Shown here in pieces: positions 29,760-39,580 of a stretch of 50,503 nt of DNA. Numbering within the stretch: the first letter of the stretch is position 1; every line of letters starts with the position of its first letter. The stretch covers positions 1-50,503 of the forward strand of contig DATHBP010000199.1 in NCBI GenBank assembly GCA_035296085.1, in the 5' to 3' direction. Made by a program: the position numbers and the translations under genes. The notes under the pieces are model-generated. The model saw nothing but the letters and a program-made list of their open reading frames with translations, had not been told where the DNA came from and searched no databases. The stretch comes from Nocardioidaceae bacterium. Its GTDB lineage: Bacteria > Actinomycetota > Actinomycetes > Propionibacteriales > Nocardioidaceae.

Positions 29760-30731
29760 ATGCAAGCCATCTGGAAGGGCTCCATCTCGTTCGGAATGGT
29801 GACGATCCCGGTCAAGGTCTACTCCGCGACCCAGGAGAAGGACATCTCGTTCCGCCAGGTCCACACCACCGACCTGGGCCGCATCCGCTACAAGCGGGTC
29901 TGCGAGCTCGACGGCGAAGAGGTTCCCTACTCCGACATCGGCAAGGGCTACGAGCTCCCCGATGGCCAGCTCGTGCTCCTCACCGGTGAGGACCTGGCCG
30001 AGCTTCCGCTGCCCACGGCGAAGTCCATCGAGGTGCTCGAGTTCGTCCCTGCTGAGGACGTCGATCCGCTGTACTTCTCCAAGGCCTATTACCTCGCTGC
30101 CGACGGCAGCGGCCCGAAGCCGTACGTGCTGTTGCGTGACGCATTGACGTCGACGGGTCAGTGCGCGCTGGTGAAGGTCGCCATCCGTACCCGCGAGTCA
30201 CTGGCCCTGCTACGGGCTCAGGACGGAGTCCTCGTCCTGCAGACGATGCTGTGGCCGGACGAGGTGCGCGACGGGGCGTTCGCTGCCCCCGATGACGACG
30301 TCGAGGTACGCCAGCAGGAGGTGGCGATGGCCGAGTCCTACATCTCTACGTTGTCTGCGAGCTTCGACCCGAGCCGCTACTCCAGTGACTACCGTCGCGC
30401 GCTCGAGGAGCTCGTGACGGCCAAGACGCAGGGCATCGAGCTCAAGGCGCCGGTCGAGGTGTCGTCGGGGAGCGGCCAGGTTGTCGACCTGGTGGCTGCC
30501 CTGCGCGCGAGTGTGGAGGCCGCCAAGCAGCGCCGTGGCGAGGCGAGCGCCGATGGGGCAGCCCCGAGCGTCGCCGCTGCAGCCACGACGAAGACGATTC
30601 GGGCCAAGAAGGCGAGCGCAGCCAAGTCAGCGGCGAAGCCGTCTGCCGCGAAGAGCGCGAAGTCTGCGAAGACAGCGAAGAAGAGCAGCAAACCGACCAA
30701 GGCAGACGCTCAGAGCCGCAAGTCTGCCTAG
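29760..30731 (+). CDS. ku: non-homologous end-joining protein Ku with a Lys/Ala-rich C-terminal tail
   Basis: Track ORF trimmed to ATG 29760. MQAIWKGSISFGMVTIPVKVYSATQEKDISFRQVH is the canonical bacterial Ku N-terminus. The tail is KKASAAKSAAKPSAAKSAKSAKTAKKSSKPTKADAQSRKSA. Confidence 0.93.
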   Translation: MQAIWKGSISFGMVTIPVKVYSATQEKDISFRQVHTTDLGRIRYKRVCELDGEEVPYSDIGKGYELPDGQLVLLTGEDLAELPLPTAKSIEVLEFVPAEDVDPLYFSKAYYLAADGSGPKPYVLLRDALTSTGQCALVKVAIRTRESLALLRAQDGVLVLQTMLWPDEVRDGAFAAPDDDVEVRQQEVAMAESYISTLSASFDPSRYSSDYRRALEELVTAKTQGIELKAPVEVSSGSGQVVDLVAALRASVEAAKQRRGEASADGAAPSVAAAATTKTIRAKKASAAKSAAKPSAAKSAKSAKTAKKSSKPTKADAQSRKSA

Positions 30732-30759
30732 CCTGAGCGTTGAGGAGCCCCGAAACCCG

Positions 30760-32388
30760 ATGGACGCAGTCAGCACGGTTCCCGCCCCTGTCAACGAGCC
30801 CAACCTCTCCTACGCTCCAGGGAGCCCGGAGCGCGCCGAGGTGGAGAAGCGGCTGGCCGAGCTGCGCGGTGAGCGTCACGAGTTCCCAGCGACCATCGGC
30901 GGGCAGCGGCAGATGGGTGCGGGCGAGGAGATCGACGTTGTCTGTCCTCATGACCACGGGCACGTTCTCGGCACCATGCGCAACTCCACCCGCACCGACG
31001 CCGAGGCCGCCGTAGCCGCAGCACAGGAGGCCGCTCCCGCCTGGCAGGCGATGCCCTACGACGACCGCGCCGCAATCGTGCTCAAGGCAGCCGAGCTGCT
31101 TGCCGGGCCGTGGCGGCAGACGCTGAACGCCGCCACCATGCTCGGCCAGTCCAAGACCGTGTGGCAGGCCGAGATCGATGCCGCCTGCGAGCTCATCGAC
31201 TTCTGGCGCTTCAACGTCCACTACGGCCGCCAGATCCTGGCCGAGCAGCCGATCGCGAACTCCCCCGGCGTGTGGAACCGCTCAGACCACCGGCCGCTCG
31301 AGGGCTTCGTCTACGCGGTGACGCCCTTCAACTTCACCGCCATTGCCGCCAACCTGCCGACTGCGCCCGCGCTCATGGGCAATGTCGTGGTGTGGAAGCC
31401 CTCGCCCACCCAGCAGTTTGCGGCCGATCTCACGATGCAGCTGCTGACGGAAGCCGGCCTGCCGCCCGGCGTGATCAACCTGCTCCCCGGCGACGGGCTG
31501 GCTGTCAGTGAGGTGGCGCTGCGCTCCCCCGACCTGGCCGGCATCCACTTCACCGGCTCGACCCCGACGTTCCAGACGTTGTGGAAGACCGTCGGCGACA
31601 ACCTCACCGGCTATCGCTCCTATCCGCGCGTCGTCGGGGAGACCGGCGGCAAGGACTTCGTCATCGCGCACCCCTCCGCCGACCCCGACGTCTTGCGGGT
31701 CGCGCTGCTGCGTGGCGCCTTCGAGTACCAAGGACAGAAGTGCTCGGCGGCCTCTCGCGCCTACGTCGCCCGCAGCGTCTGGGACCGCGTACGCGACGAC
31801 CTGGTGGCAGAGACCGAGTCGATTCGGATGGGGGACGTCAGCGACCTGTCCAACTTCATGGGGGCCGTCATCGACCGGCGGGCCTACGCGAAGCACGTGA
31901 AGGCCATCGACCGCGCGAGGTCGACCGACGCGCTCTCGATCTTGGCGGGCGGTAGCTGCGACGACTCCGAGGGCTACTTCGTGCGCCCGACGATCGTCGA
32001 GTCCAGCGACCCCGCCGACGAGGTCTTCGGCACCGAGTACTTCGGGCCCATCCTCGCAGTCTCGGTCTTCGACGACAGCGAGTTCGAGGCGGCGGTGCAC
32101 CAGATGGAGCGGTTCGCGCCGTACGCCCTCACTGGCTCGATCATCGCCCAGGACCGGCGGGCGATCGCCTGGGCCGCCGAGGCGCTGCGCTTCGCGGCCG
32201 GCAACTTCTACATCAACGACAAGCCGACCGGAGCCGTCGTCGGCCAGCAGCCGTTCGGCGGGTCGCGTGCCTCCGGCACTAACGACAAGGCGGGCTCTCC
32301 GCAGAACCTCGTGCGCTGGACCTCCCCCCGTTCGATCAAGGAGACGTTCGCGCCGGCAACCGACTACCGCTACCCCCACATGGGGTGA
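30760..32388 (+). CDS. pruA: L-glutamate gamma-semialdehyde (1-pyrroline-5-carboxylate) dehydrogenase
   Basis: Track ORF trimmed to ATG 30760 (542 aa). The aldehyde dehydrogenase core includes VVGETGGKDF and catalytic Cys FEYQGQKCSAASR. The N-terminus NLSYAPGSPERAEVEKRLAELR is typical of PruA. Confidence 0.9.
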   Translation: MDAVSTVPAPVNEPNLSYAPGSPERAEVEKRLAELRGERHEFPATIGGQRQMGAGEEIDVVCPHDHGHVLGTMRNSTRTDAEAAVAAAQEAAPAWQAMPYDDRAAIVLKAAELLAGPWRQTLNAATMLGQSKTVWQAEIDAACELIDFWRFNVHYGRQILAEQPIANSPGVWNRSDHRPLEGFVYAVTPFNFTAIAANLPTAPALMGNVVVWKPSPTQQFAADLTMQLLTEAGLPPGVINLLPGDGLAVSEVALRSPDLAGIHFTGSTPTFQTLWKTVGDNLTGYRSYPRVVGETGGKDFVIAHPSADPDVLRVALLRGAFEYQGQKCSAASRAYVARSVWDRVRDDLVAETESIRMGDVSDLSNFMGAVIDRRAYAKHVKAIDRARSTDALSILAGGSCDDSEGYFVRPTIVESSDPADEVFGTEYFGPILAVSVFDDSEFEAAVHQMERFAPYALTGSIIAQDRRAIAWAAEALRFAAGNFYINDKPTGAVVGQQPFGGSRASGTNDKAGSPQNLVRWTSPRSIKETFAPATDYRYPHMG

Positions 32389-32440
32389 GCCGAGCGTGTC
32401 TGGCCCTGGATTGTCGGTCGAGTCTGGCAGCGTGTGAGCC

Positions 32441-32659
32441 ATGAGTGACTGCGCTGAGGCCCTGATGTTGACCGGCGCGCTGTGGCCGTGTCCCGACTGC
32501 GGCGACGAGCGCATCTTCGTGGCACCCGACCCACTGGACACATCAGCGCGCGGAGCTGACCTCGCGTGCACCGACTGCGGCGCCGCCATCTTCGTCGACC
32601 CTTGCTCTGCCTCCGCCGATCCACTGCCGACGCGGATTTCACTCGCCGGCGCAGCCTGA
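32441..32659 (+). CDS. small hypothetical zinc-ribbon-like protein (72 aa)
   Basis: CPDC...(23 aa)...CTDC four-Cys arrangement. About 80% G/C at third positions by hand count. No strong RBS. Confidence 0.5.
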   Translation: MSDCAEALMLTGALWPCPDCGDERIFVAPDPLDTSARGADLACTDCGAAIFVDPCSASADPLPTRISLAGAA

Positions 32660-32668
32660 CGGCCGGCG

Positions 32669-33148
32669 ATGGGCGATGACGAGTCCAGGGACGAACAGCT
32701 CGACCGCGAGCTCGGTGAGCTGCTCCAAGAGCTACGAGTCGCCCTCCCGGGCGTTCAAGTCCTGTTGGCGTTCCTGCTGGTCGCTCCACTCAACCAGCGG
32801 TTCCCGCTGCTCTCGTCAAGTGGCACTAACGCCTATCTCGTCTCCCTGATCTGCACTGTCCTCGCCACGATCCTGCTGATCGCGCCGAGCGCTCATCACC
32901 GGCTTCGCTGGCGCCAGGGTGACAAGGAGCGGATCCTGCGCCGAGCGACGGTGATGATGCTCGCCGGTCTGTTCTTCATCGGTACGGCCTTCAACACTGC
33001 CGTGTTCATGATCGTCGGTTTCCTCTACGGCACCGCCGCAGGCGTGTGGCTGACAGCGGCCACGAGCGCGATCACGCTGGTCTTTTGGTACGTGCTGCCG
33101 TTCGCGTCCCGAAGCAAGCCTGGCGCACCAGGGCCGGGCCGCGACTAG
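32669..33148 (+). CDS. DUF6328-like membrane protein
   Basis: The acidic N-terminus DEQLDRELGELLQELRVALPGVQVLLAFLLVAPLNQRF plus three further TM segments matches the DUF6328 pattern as I recall it. Confidence 0.65.
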   Translation: MGDDESRDEQLDRELGELLQELRVALPGVQVLLAFLLVAPLNQRFPLLSSSGTNAYLVSLICTVLATILLIAPSAHHRLRWRQGDKERILRRATVMMLAGLFFIGTAFNTAVFMIVGFLYGTAAGVWLTAATSAITLVFWYVLPFASRSKPGAPGPGRD

Positions 33149-33189
33149 CCCACCCGCTGAAACCACGTCGTCCTGGCCGGCGAGCGGGC

Positions 33190-33678
33190 CTACCCGGCGA
33201 GCCAGCGTCGGGCGACCTCGCCTTCCTTGAGGATTGCCGCCTGGATGGCCGCCGCGATCTCGGGCTCGATCCGGCTGCCGAAGAACGGGATTCGCACTCG
33301 CACGTCCCCACTGACGCTTTCGTGCGTTCCGGTGGTGGTGGCCTCGAGGCGGCGCACTCCCTCCATCCCCGCCGGCTGACCGGTTACCTCCACCGTGACA
33401 GTCCCGGTACGACCACCTGATGCCTCGGCGCCGCCCCAGCGCTCGGTCTGCACGACCTCCAGCGTCTCCCCGACGAACTTCCTCACGAAGTCGGGCACCT
33501 CGGCGGGCAGCACCCGGGTCGTACGCACGGTCGCCCCGTCAGGGCTCAGGTCCACCTGGACGGAGTGGCGGATCGCATGCGTGGCCACGCAGACCTCCGA
33601 CCGGAAGGCCTTGTCGCACAGCAGCGCGAACACCGAGTCGGGCGAAGCGGGATAGTCGGCCTCGGCGCGCAGCTCCAT
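33190..33678 (-). CDS. DUF2505 (SRPBCC-like) domain protein
   Basis: 162 aa. MELRAEADYPASPDSVFALLCDKAFRSEVCVATHA...VPDFVRKFVGETLEVVQTERW. Confidence 0.7.
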   Translation of the reverse strand: MELRAEADYPASPDSVFALLCDKAFRSEVCVATHAIRHSVQVDLSPDGATVRTTRVLPAEVPDFVRKFVGETLEVVQTERWGGAEASGGRTGTVTVEVTGQPAGMEGVRRLEATTTGTHESVSGDVRVRIPFFGSRIEPEIAAAIQAAILKEGEVARRWLAG

Positions 33679-33724
33679 GCGCTGATTCTGCCGCAGGCGT
33701 CGAACACTGGACTAAAGTGCCAGA

Positions 33725-34534
33725 GTGACGGATGCCGTCGAGGCAACCCCTGCAGACGTCAGCTTCGGTGAGCAGGGTGGCCGCCTCACCTATGGCGGCT
33801 ACCTGCGGCTCCCCGAGCTGCTCGGCGCCCAACAGCCGAAGTCGAACCCCCCGGCCCACGACGAGCTGCTGTTCATCACCGTTCACCAGGTCTACGAGCT
33901 GTGGTTCCAGCAGCTCCTGCACGAGGCGACGACTGCGCGCAACGCCATGACCGCCGGCGAGCTGTGGTGGGCGCGGCATCTCCTCGCGCGCATGCACCGG
34001 ATCGAGCGCGTGCTCATCTCGCAGATCGACGTGCTCGAGACGATGACACCGCAAGACTTCCTCACCTTTCGGCGGCTGCTTGCTCCGGCGAGCGGCTTCC
34101 AGTCGGTGCAGTTCCGTGAGCTCGAGTTCATCTCCGGCGCCAAGGACCCCGCGGTCGTCCAGCGCTTCCGTGGGCTGACCGACGCCGAGCGCGAACGGCT
34201 TCGCCGTCGGCTGGCAGAGCCGACGTTGTGGGACGGGCTGCTCCAGGTGCTGCGTGCCTTCGAGCTCCCTGCCGATGACGACGAGGCCGTACGCGAGTCC
34301 TTGCTGACCGCGGCGCGTGACCGACCGCGCTATGCCGAGGTTTGGGAGCTGGCCGAGGGCTTGATCGAGCATGACGAGCTGGCCGCTGGTTGGCGGACCC
34401 GGCACGTCATGATGGTCGAGCGCATGATCGGGGGAAAAACCGGCACGGGCGGGTCCTCAGGCGCCGACTACCTACGCGGGCGGCTAGATCTGCGCTATTT
34501 CCCGGTGCTGTGGGAGCTCCGCTCGCACCTGTGA
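33725..34534 (+). CDS. kynA: tryptophan 2,3-dioxygenase
   Basis: LTYGGYLRLPELLGAQQPKS...HDELLFITVHQVYELWFQQLLHE...TGGSSGADYLR is the haem-dioxygenase TDO signature. Confidence 0.88.
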   Translation: MTDAVEATPADVSFGEQGGRLTYGGYLRLPELLGAQQPKSNPPAHDELLFITVHQVYELWFQQLLHEATTARNAMTAGELWWARHLLARMHRIERVLISQIDVLETMTPQDFLTFRRLLAPASGFQSVQFRELEFISGAKDPAVVQRFRGLTDAERERLRRRLAEPTLWDGLLQVLRAFELPADDDEAVRESLLTAARDRPRYAEVWELAEGLIEHDELAAGWRTRHVMMVERMIGGKTGTGGSSGADYLRGRLDLRYFPVLWELRSHL

Positions 34535-34594
34535 TGACCACCCGGTCGGCCATCGGACCAGACGACCGGCGCGCGGGCTAAAGTTTGGAGGGTC

Positions 34595-37500
34595 ATGCAC
34601 CAGCGGCCGGACGACGCCAGAGCCGAACTCATCTCCAAAGCGGCCGACTATGCGGCGACGCGCCGAGGCCGAGGCGGGCTCGATGCGGCCCAAGCCGAGC
34701 GGTTCCTGCAGCTCTACTACCGCCACGTCGACGTCGAGGACCTGACCGAGCGCGATCCAGCGGACATCTACGGCGCCGCCGTCAGCCACTACCGGCTGGC
34801 GGCGAGCAGGCCGCAGGGCACCGCGAACGTCCAGGTCTTCACCCCCAGCGTGGACGAGCACGGCTGGAGCGCAGGTGGACACACCGTCGTCGAGGTTGTC
34901 ACCGACGACATGCCCTTCCTTGTCGACTCCGTCACCATGGCGCTGTCGCGCCAGAACCGCGCCATCCATCTCGTTGTCCACCCGCAGATGCTCGTTCGTC
35001 GCGACGTTGCCGGAAAGCTGCTCGGCTTCTGTTCCAGCGACTCGGCGGAGGACAGTGGCGGCAGCGTCCGCGAGTCGTGGATGCACATCGAGGTCGACCG
35101 CGAGACCGACCACACCGCGCTGCTCGACGTCCAGCGGCAGCTGTTGCAGGTCCTCCGTGACGTCAACGAGGCGGTCGAGGACTGGTCGAAGATGCGCGAC
35201 GCTGCGCTGAGCCTCGTCGACGACATCGAGTCCGCTGATCTGCCTGTGCGCCAGGAGGAGGTCGAGGAGACCGCGGCGCTGTTGCAGTGGCTCGCCGACG
35301 ACCACTTCACCTTCCTGGGCTACCGCGAGTACGTGCTGGCGAGTGTGGACGGCGACGACGTCCTCAAGGCCGTACCCGGCACGGGGCTCGGCATCCTGCG
35401 CTCCGACCAAGACATGAGCCCGTCCTTCGGCAAGCTGCCGCCAAAGGTCAAGGCGATGGCCCGCGAGAAGCGGTTGCTGCTCATCACAAAGGCCAACTCG
35501 CGATCCACGGTGCATCGACCGGCCTATCTGGACTACGTCGGCATCAAGACGTTCGACGACGCTGGGGAGGTCGTCGGCGAGCGACGGCTCTTGGGACTGT
35601 TCTCCTCGGCTGCCTATACCGAGAGCATCATGCGAATACCGGTGCTGCGTCGCAAGGTCGCCGAAGTCCTGGCCGGCGCGGGGTTCAGCCCGAGAAGCCA
35701 CAGCGGCAAAGCCCTCAAGGACATCCTCGAGACCTACCCTCGCGACGAGCTCTTCCAGATCTCGGTCGAGGAGCTGCTGCCGGTCGCGACCGCAGTTCTG
35801 CACCTGCAGGAGCGCCGCCAGCTCCGCTTGTTCGTCCGACGCGACGTCTACGGTCGGTTCCTGTCCTGCATGGTCTACCTCCCCCGTGACCGCTACACAA
35901 CCGCGGTCCGCGAGCGGATGCAGGACATCTTGAGTGAGACCCTTGGTGGCGGCTCCGTCGACTACACAGCACGAGTCAGTGAGTCGGTACTCGCGCGGCT
36001 CCACTTCGTCGTACGGCCGCCGGTCGGCCAGGCGATTCCGGACTTCGACGAGACCGAGCTCGAGCACCGGCTGGCCGACGCCGCCCGCAGCTGGACCGAC
36101 GACTTCGTACTCGCGCTGCACGATCTGCACGGAGAGGAGGAAGGCGCGCGGCTCGCCCACATCTATGCCGACGCCTTTCCCGAGGCCTACAAGGAGGAGT
36201 TCACGGCAGCCACGGCCGCGGCCGACGTGCGGCGGCTCGAAGACATCGACCCCGAGCTGGCGCTCGCCCTGTCACTGTACGAGCCGGTCGACAGCGGTCC
36301 CGACGAGCGGCGCTTCAAGGTGTTTCGCACTGGCTCGGCGCTGTCCTTGTCCCGCGTGCTGCCGCTGCTGTCCCAGATGGGTGTCGAGGTCGTCGACGAA
36401 CGACCGTTCCCCATCGAGCGGGCGGGAGAAGGCCCGGCCTGGATCTATGACTTCGGCTTGCGCTATCCCGGTGGCTCGATGCCGCGAGGCGCCCGAGAGC
36501 TCTTTCAGGACGCGTTCCTCGCCGTCTGGCAGGACCGATCCGAAAGCGACGGGTTCAACGCGCTGGTGCTTCGTGCGGGGCTGACGTGGCGGCAGGCGCT
36601 CGTGCTGCGTGCCTATGCGAAGTTCCTGCGCCAAGGCGCCACGGCGTTCAGCCAGTTCTACATCGAGGACACTCTCGCCGCGCATGTCCCGATAGCGCGA
36701 GCGCTGGTCGAGCTGTTCGAGGCCCGCTTCGACCCCGCGCTCGGGGCGGCTGCCGATGCACCGGCGCGCATCGACGCCGTGCACGGCGCCGTGCGCACCA
36801 TCGAGGCAGCTCTGGACGAGGTGGCCAGCCTTGACCAGGACCGCATTCTGCGCTCCCTGCTGGCAGTGATATCGGCCACCGTGCGGACAAACTACTTCCA
36901 AGGCGAGGACGGCAACCCCAAGCCGTACCTGTCGCTGAAGATCGCCTCCGAGCACGTGCCGGACCTGCCGCAGCCACGGCCCAAGGTCGAGGTCTTCGTC
37001 TACTCCCCACGCGTGGAAGGCGTACATCTGCGGTTCGGACCGGTCGCGCGCGGTGGGTTGCGCTGGTCGGACCGGCGCGAGGACTTCCGCACGGAGGTGC
37101 TCGGCCTCGTCAAGGCACAGATGGTCAAGAACGCCGTGATCGTGCCAGTGGGCGCGAAAGGCGGGTTTTTCTGCAAGCACCTGCCGGATCCGGCGCTCGA
37201 CCGGGAAGCGTGGCTGGCCGAGGGAGTCGAGTGCTACCGCACCTTCATCCGCGGGTTGCTCGACATCACCGACAACCTCGTAGCCGGGCGGATCGTCCCG
37301 CCCCGCGCCGTGGTGCGCCACGATCACGATGACGCCTACCTGGTGGTCGCGGCGGACAAGGGGACCGCGACGTTCTCCGACATCGCCAACCAGGTTGCCG
37401 CCGACTACGGCCACTGGCTAGGTGACGCGTTCGCCTCGGGTGGGTCGGTCGGCTACGACCACAAGGCGATGGGTATCACCGCTCGGGGAGCGTGGGAGTC

Positions 37501-39457
37501 CGTCCGCCGGCACTTCCGAGAGATGGGGGTGAACTGCCAAGCCGAGGACTTCACCTGCATCGGGATCGGGGACATGTCCGGAGACGTGTTCGGCAACGGT
37601 GTGCTGCGCAGCCAGCACACCCGGCTGGTCGCCGCGTTCGACCACCGCCATATTTTCCTGGATCCCAGTCCTGACGCCGCGACGTCGTTCGTGGAGAGAC
37701 AGCGGCTCTTCGAGCTACCACGGTCGTCGTGGGCCGACTACAACCCGGACGCGATCTCAGCTGGCGGCGGGGTCTACCCCCGTACGGCCAAAGCAGTGCC
37801 GGTGTCCGACGCGGTGCGCCAGGCGCTGGGCATCGAGTCGTCGGGAACGTCGATGACTCCGCAGGAGCTGATGCGCGCCATCTTGCTCGCGCCCGTGGAC
37901 CTGCTCTGGAACGGCGGCATCGGCACCTACGTCAAGTCCGCGGCCGAGTCCCACGCCGAGGTCGGCGACAAGGCCAACGACGCGATCCGCGTCAACGGTG
38001 AGGAGCTGCGCTGCCGCTGCGTCGGTGAGGGCGGCAACCTTGGCCTGACCCAGCGGGGACGGATCGCGTACGCGATGGCGGGTGGCCGCATCAACACCGA
38101 CTTCATAGACAACTCCGCCGGAGTCGACACCTCCGACCACGAGGTGAACATCAAGATCCTGCTCGACCGGGTCGTCGACGACGGCGACATGACCCGCAAG
38201 CAACGCGACCAGCTGCTCGCCGGCATGACCGACGAAGTCGGCACGCTCGTGCTCCGTGACAACTACGACCAGAACGTCGCCCTGGCCAACGGCGTGGCGC
38301 AGGCCGCTCAGCTGCTGCACGTCCACGCCGACTGGATACGAAGGCTCGAGAAGAAGGGACACATCAACCGGGCCATCGAGTTCCTTCCGACGTCGAAGCA
38401 GATCGCGGAGCGACGCGGCGAGGGCAGAGGCCTGACAGCGCCGGAACAAGCCGTGCTCATGGCCTACACAAAGATCGTGCTGGCCGCCGAGCTCATCGAC
38501 AGTTCCCTGCCCGAGGACCCGTTCTTCGCTCGCTACCTCGTCGGCTACTTCCCCGCGCCGATGCGCGAGCGGTTCCGGGCACACATGGAGGACCATCCGC
38601 TGCGGCGGGAGATCATCATCACCCAGATCGTCAACACTTTGGTCAACGGCGCCGGCATGACGTTCTTCCACCGGCTGAGCGAAGAGACCGGCGCCTCTGC
38701 CACCGACCTGGCACGGGCCAACCTCGTCGGGCGGCGGATCTTCAACCTCTCGCCACTGTGGGGCAGCGTCGACGCGCTGGACAACAAGGTGCCCGCCGTC
38801 GTCCAGACCAAGATGCGGCTCGAGATTCGCACTCTGGTCGAGCGCGCGAGCCGCTGGCTGGTCAACAACCGCCGATCACCGCTGGACTCCCAGGCGACCC
38901 TCGACCACTTCGGCGAACTGGCTCAGGTGGTGCTGGCGGAGCTCCCCGACCTGCTCGTCGGCCGCGAAGCGGTGCTGTTCAGCCGCCGCCGCGACTATCT
39001 GGTGGAAGCCGGTGTGTCCAAGGAGGTCGCTGTCCGGGTCGCCGTCATGCCACCGGCGTACGCCGCGCTCGGCATTGTCGAGACCTCCCGCCGGGAGCAG
39101 ATCGACCCGGTCGAGGTCGCCCGCGTGCACTTCGCGCTCGGCGAACGGCTGGGCCTCGACCGGTTGGTCGAGCGGATCTTGGCGCTCCCACGCGACGACC
39201 GCTGGCAGACGATGGCGCGAGCAGCCCTGCGCGACGACCTGCATGGAGTCCACGCGCAGCTCACCGCGCAGCTGCTGACGAGCACCGACGCAGACGACCC
39301 CGTCGACAAGCGGATCGCCGACTGGGAGCACTCCAACGGCGTCCTCACGCCACGCGCCATCGCCAGTCTCGACGAGATCTGCATTGACGAGGCCGCCGAC
39401 CTGGCCCGGCTGTCAGTGGGCTTGCGGGTGGTCCGCACGCTGCTGGCGACGCCCTAG
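34595..39457 (+). CDS. gdh: NAD-specific glutamate dehydrogenase, large (about 180 kDa) class
   Basis: 1620-aa ORF with a GGAGGG RBS. The conserved central catalytic region includes GGLRWSDRREDFRTEVLGLVKAQMVKNAVIVPVGAKGGF and GPDMGT-like DKGTATFSD. Confidence 0.92.
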   Translation: MHQRPDDARAELISKAADYAATRRGRGGLDAAQAERFLQLYYRHVDVEDLTERDPADIYGAAVSHYRLAASRPQGTANVQVFTPSVDEHGWSAGGHTVVEVVTDDMPFLVDSVTMALSRQNRAIHLVVHPQMLVRRDVAGKLLGFCSSDSAEDSGGSVRESWMHIEVDRETDHTALLDVQRQLLQVLRDVNEAVEDWSKMRDAALSLVDDIESADLPVRQEEVEETAALLQWLADDHFTFLGYREYVLASVDGDDVLKAVPGTGLGILRSDQDMSPSFGKLPPKVKAMAREKRLLLITKANSRSTVHRPAYLDYVGIKTFDDAGEVVGERRLLGLFSSAAYTESIMRIPVLRRKVAEVLAGAGFSPRSHSGKALKDILETYPRDELFQISVEELLPVATAVLHLQERRQLRLFVRRDVYGRFLSCMVYLPRDRYTTAVRERMQDILSETLGGGSVDYTARVSESVLARLHFVVRPPVGQAIPDFDETELEHRLADAARSWTDDFVLALHDLHGEEEGARLAHIYADAFPEAYKEEFTAATAAADVRRLEDIDPELALALSLYEPVDSGPDERRFKVFRTGSALSLSRVLPLLSQMGVEVVDERPFPIERAGEGPAWIYDFGLRYPGGSMPRGARELFQDAFLAVWQDRSESDGFNALVLRAGLTWRQALVLRAYAKFLRQGATAFSQFYIEDTLAAHVPIARALVELFEARFDPALGAAADAPARIDAVHGAVRTIEAALDEVASLDQDRILRSLLAVISATVRTNYFQGEDGNPKPYLSLKIASEHVPDLPQPRPKVEVFVYSPRVEGVHLRFGPVARGGLRWSDRREDFRTEVLGLVKAQMVKNAVIVPVGAKGGFFCKHLPDPALDREAWLAEGVECYRTFIRGLLDITDNLVAGRIVPPRAVVRHDHDDAYLVVAADKGTATFSDIANQVAADYGHWLGDAFASGGSVGYDHKAMGITARGAWESVRRHFREMGVNCQAEDFTCIGIGDMSGDVFGNGVLRSQHTRLVAAFDHRHIFLDPSPDAATSFVERQRLFELPRSSWADYNPDAISAGGGVYPRTAKAVPVSDAVRQALGIESSGTSMTPQELMRAILLAPVDLLWNGGIGTYVKSAAESHAEVGDKANDAIRVNGEELRCRCVGEGGNLGLTQRGRIAYAMAGGRINTDFIDNSAGVDTSDHEVNIKILLDRVVDDGDMTRKQRDQLLAGMTDEVGTLVLRDNYDQNVALANGVAQAAQLLHVHADWIRRLEKKGHINRAIEFLPTSKQIAERRGEGRGLTAPEQAVLMAYTKIVLAAELIDSSLPEDPFFARYLVGYFPAPMRERFRAHMEDHPLRREIIITQIVNTLVNGAGMTFFHRLSEETGASATDLARANLVGRRIFNLSPLWGSVDALDNKVPAVVQTKMRLEIRTLVERASRWLVNNRRSPLDSQATLDHFGELAQVVLAELPDLLVGREAVLFSRRRDYLVEAGVSKEVAVRVAVMPPAYAALGIVETSRREQIDPVEVARVHFALGERLGLDRLVERILALPRDDRWQTMARAALRDDLHGVHAQLTAQLLTSTDADDPVDKRIADWEHSNGVLTPRAIASLDEICIDEAADLARLSVGLRVVRTLLATP

Positions 39458-39493
39458 CGGGAGGCAGGACAGACTGCGGCTGAGCGGAGCGGT

Positions 39494-39539
39494 CGGTCGC
39501 TAGCCGCTCTGGGTGACTCCAGAGTCGTTATAGCGACCG
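39494..39539 (+). terminator. compound stem-loop downstream of gdh (candidate factor-independent terminator or RNA-stabilising structure)
   Basis: Outer 9-bp stem cggtcgcta (39494-39502) / tagcgaccg (39531-39539). Inner 6-bp stem ctctgg (39507-39512) / ccagag (39519-39524) with a 6-nt loop. It begins 37 nt after the gdh stop. There is no U-tract. Confidence 0.4.
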
Positions 39540-39580
39540 CGGGCTCACCCAAAGTACTGCTTGCGCCTGTCTGAGCGGGA

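Noticed and set aside
30590-30710. Apparent DNA repeats in the 3' part of ku (gcgaag/gccaag units) and in the secA linker (cgcccggcgcac twice, at about 24420-24460)
   Set aside because: These reflect low-complexity Lys/Ala and Pro/Ala coding tails, not repeat elements or arrays.
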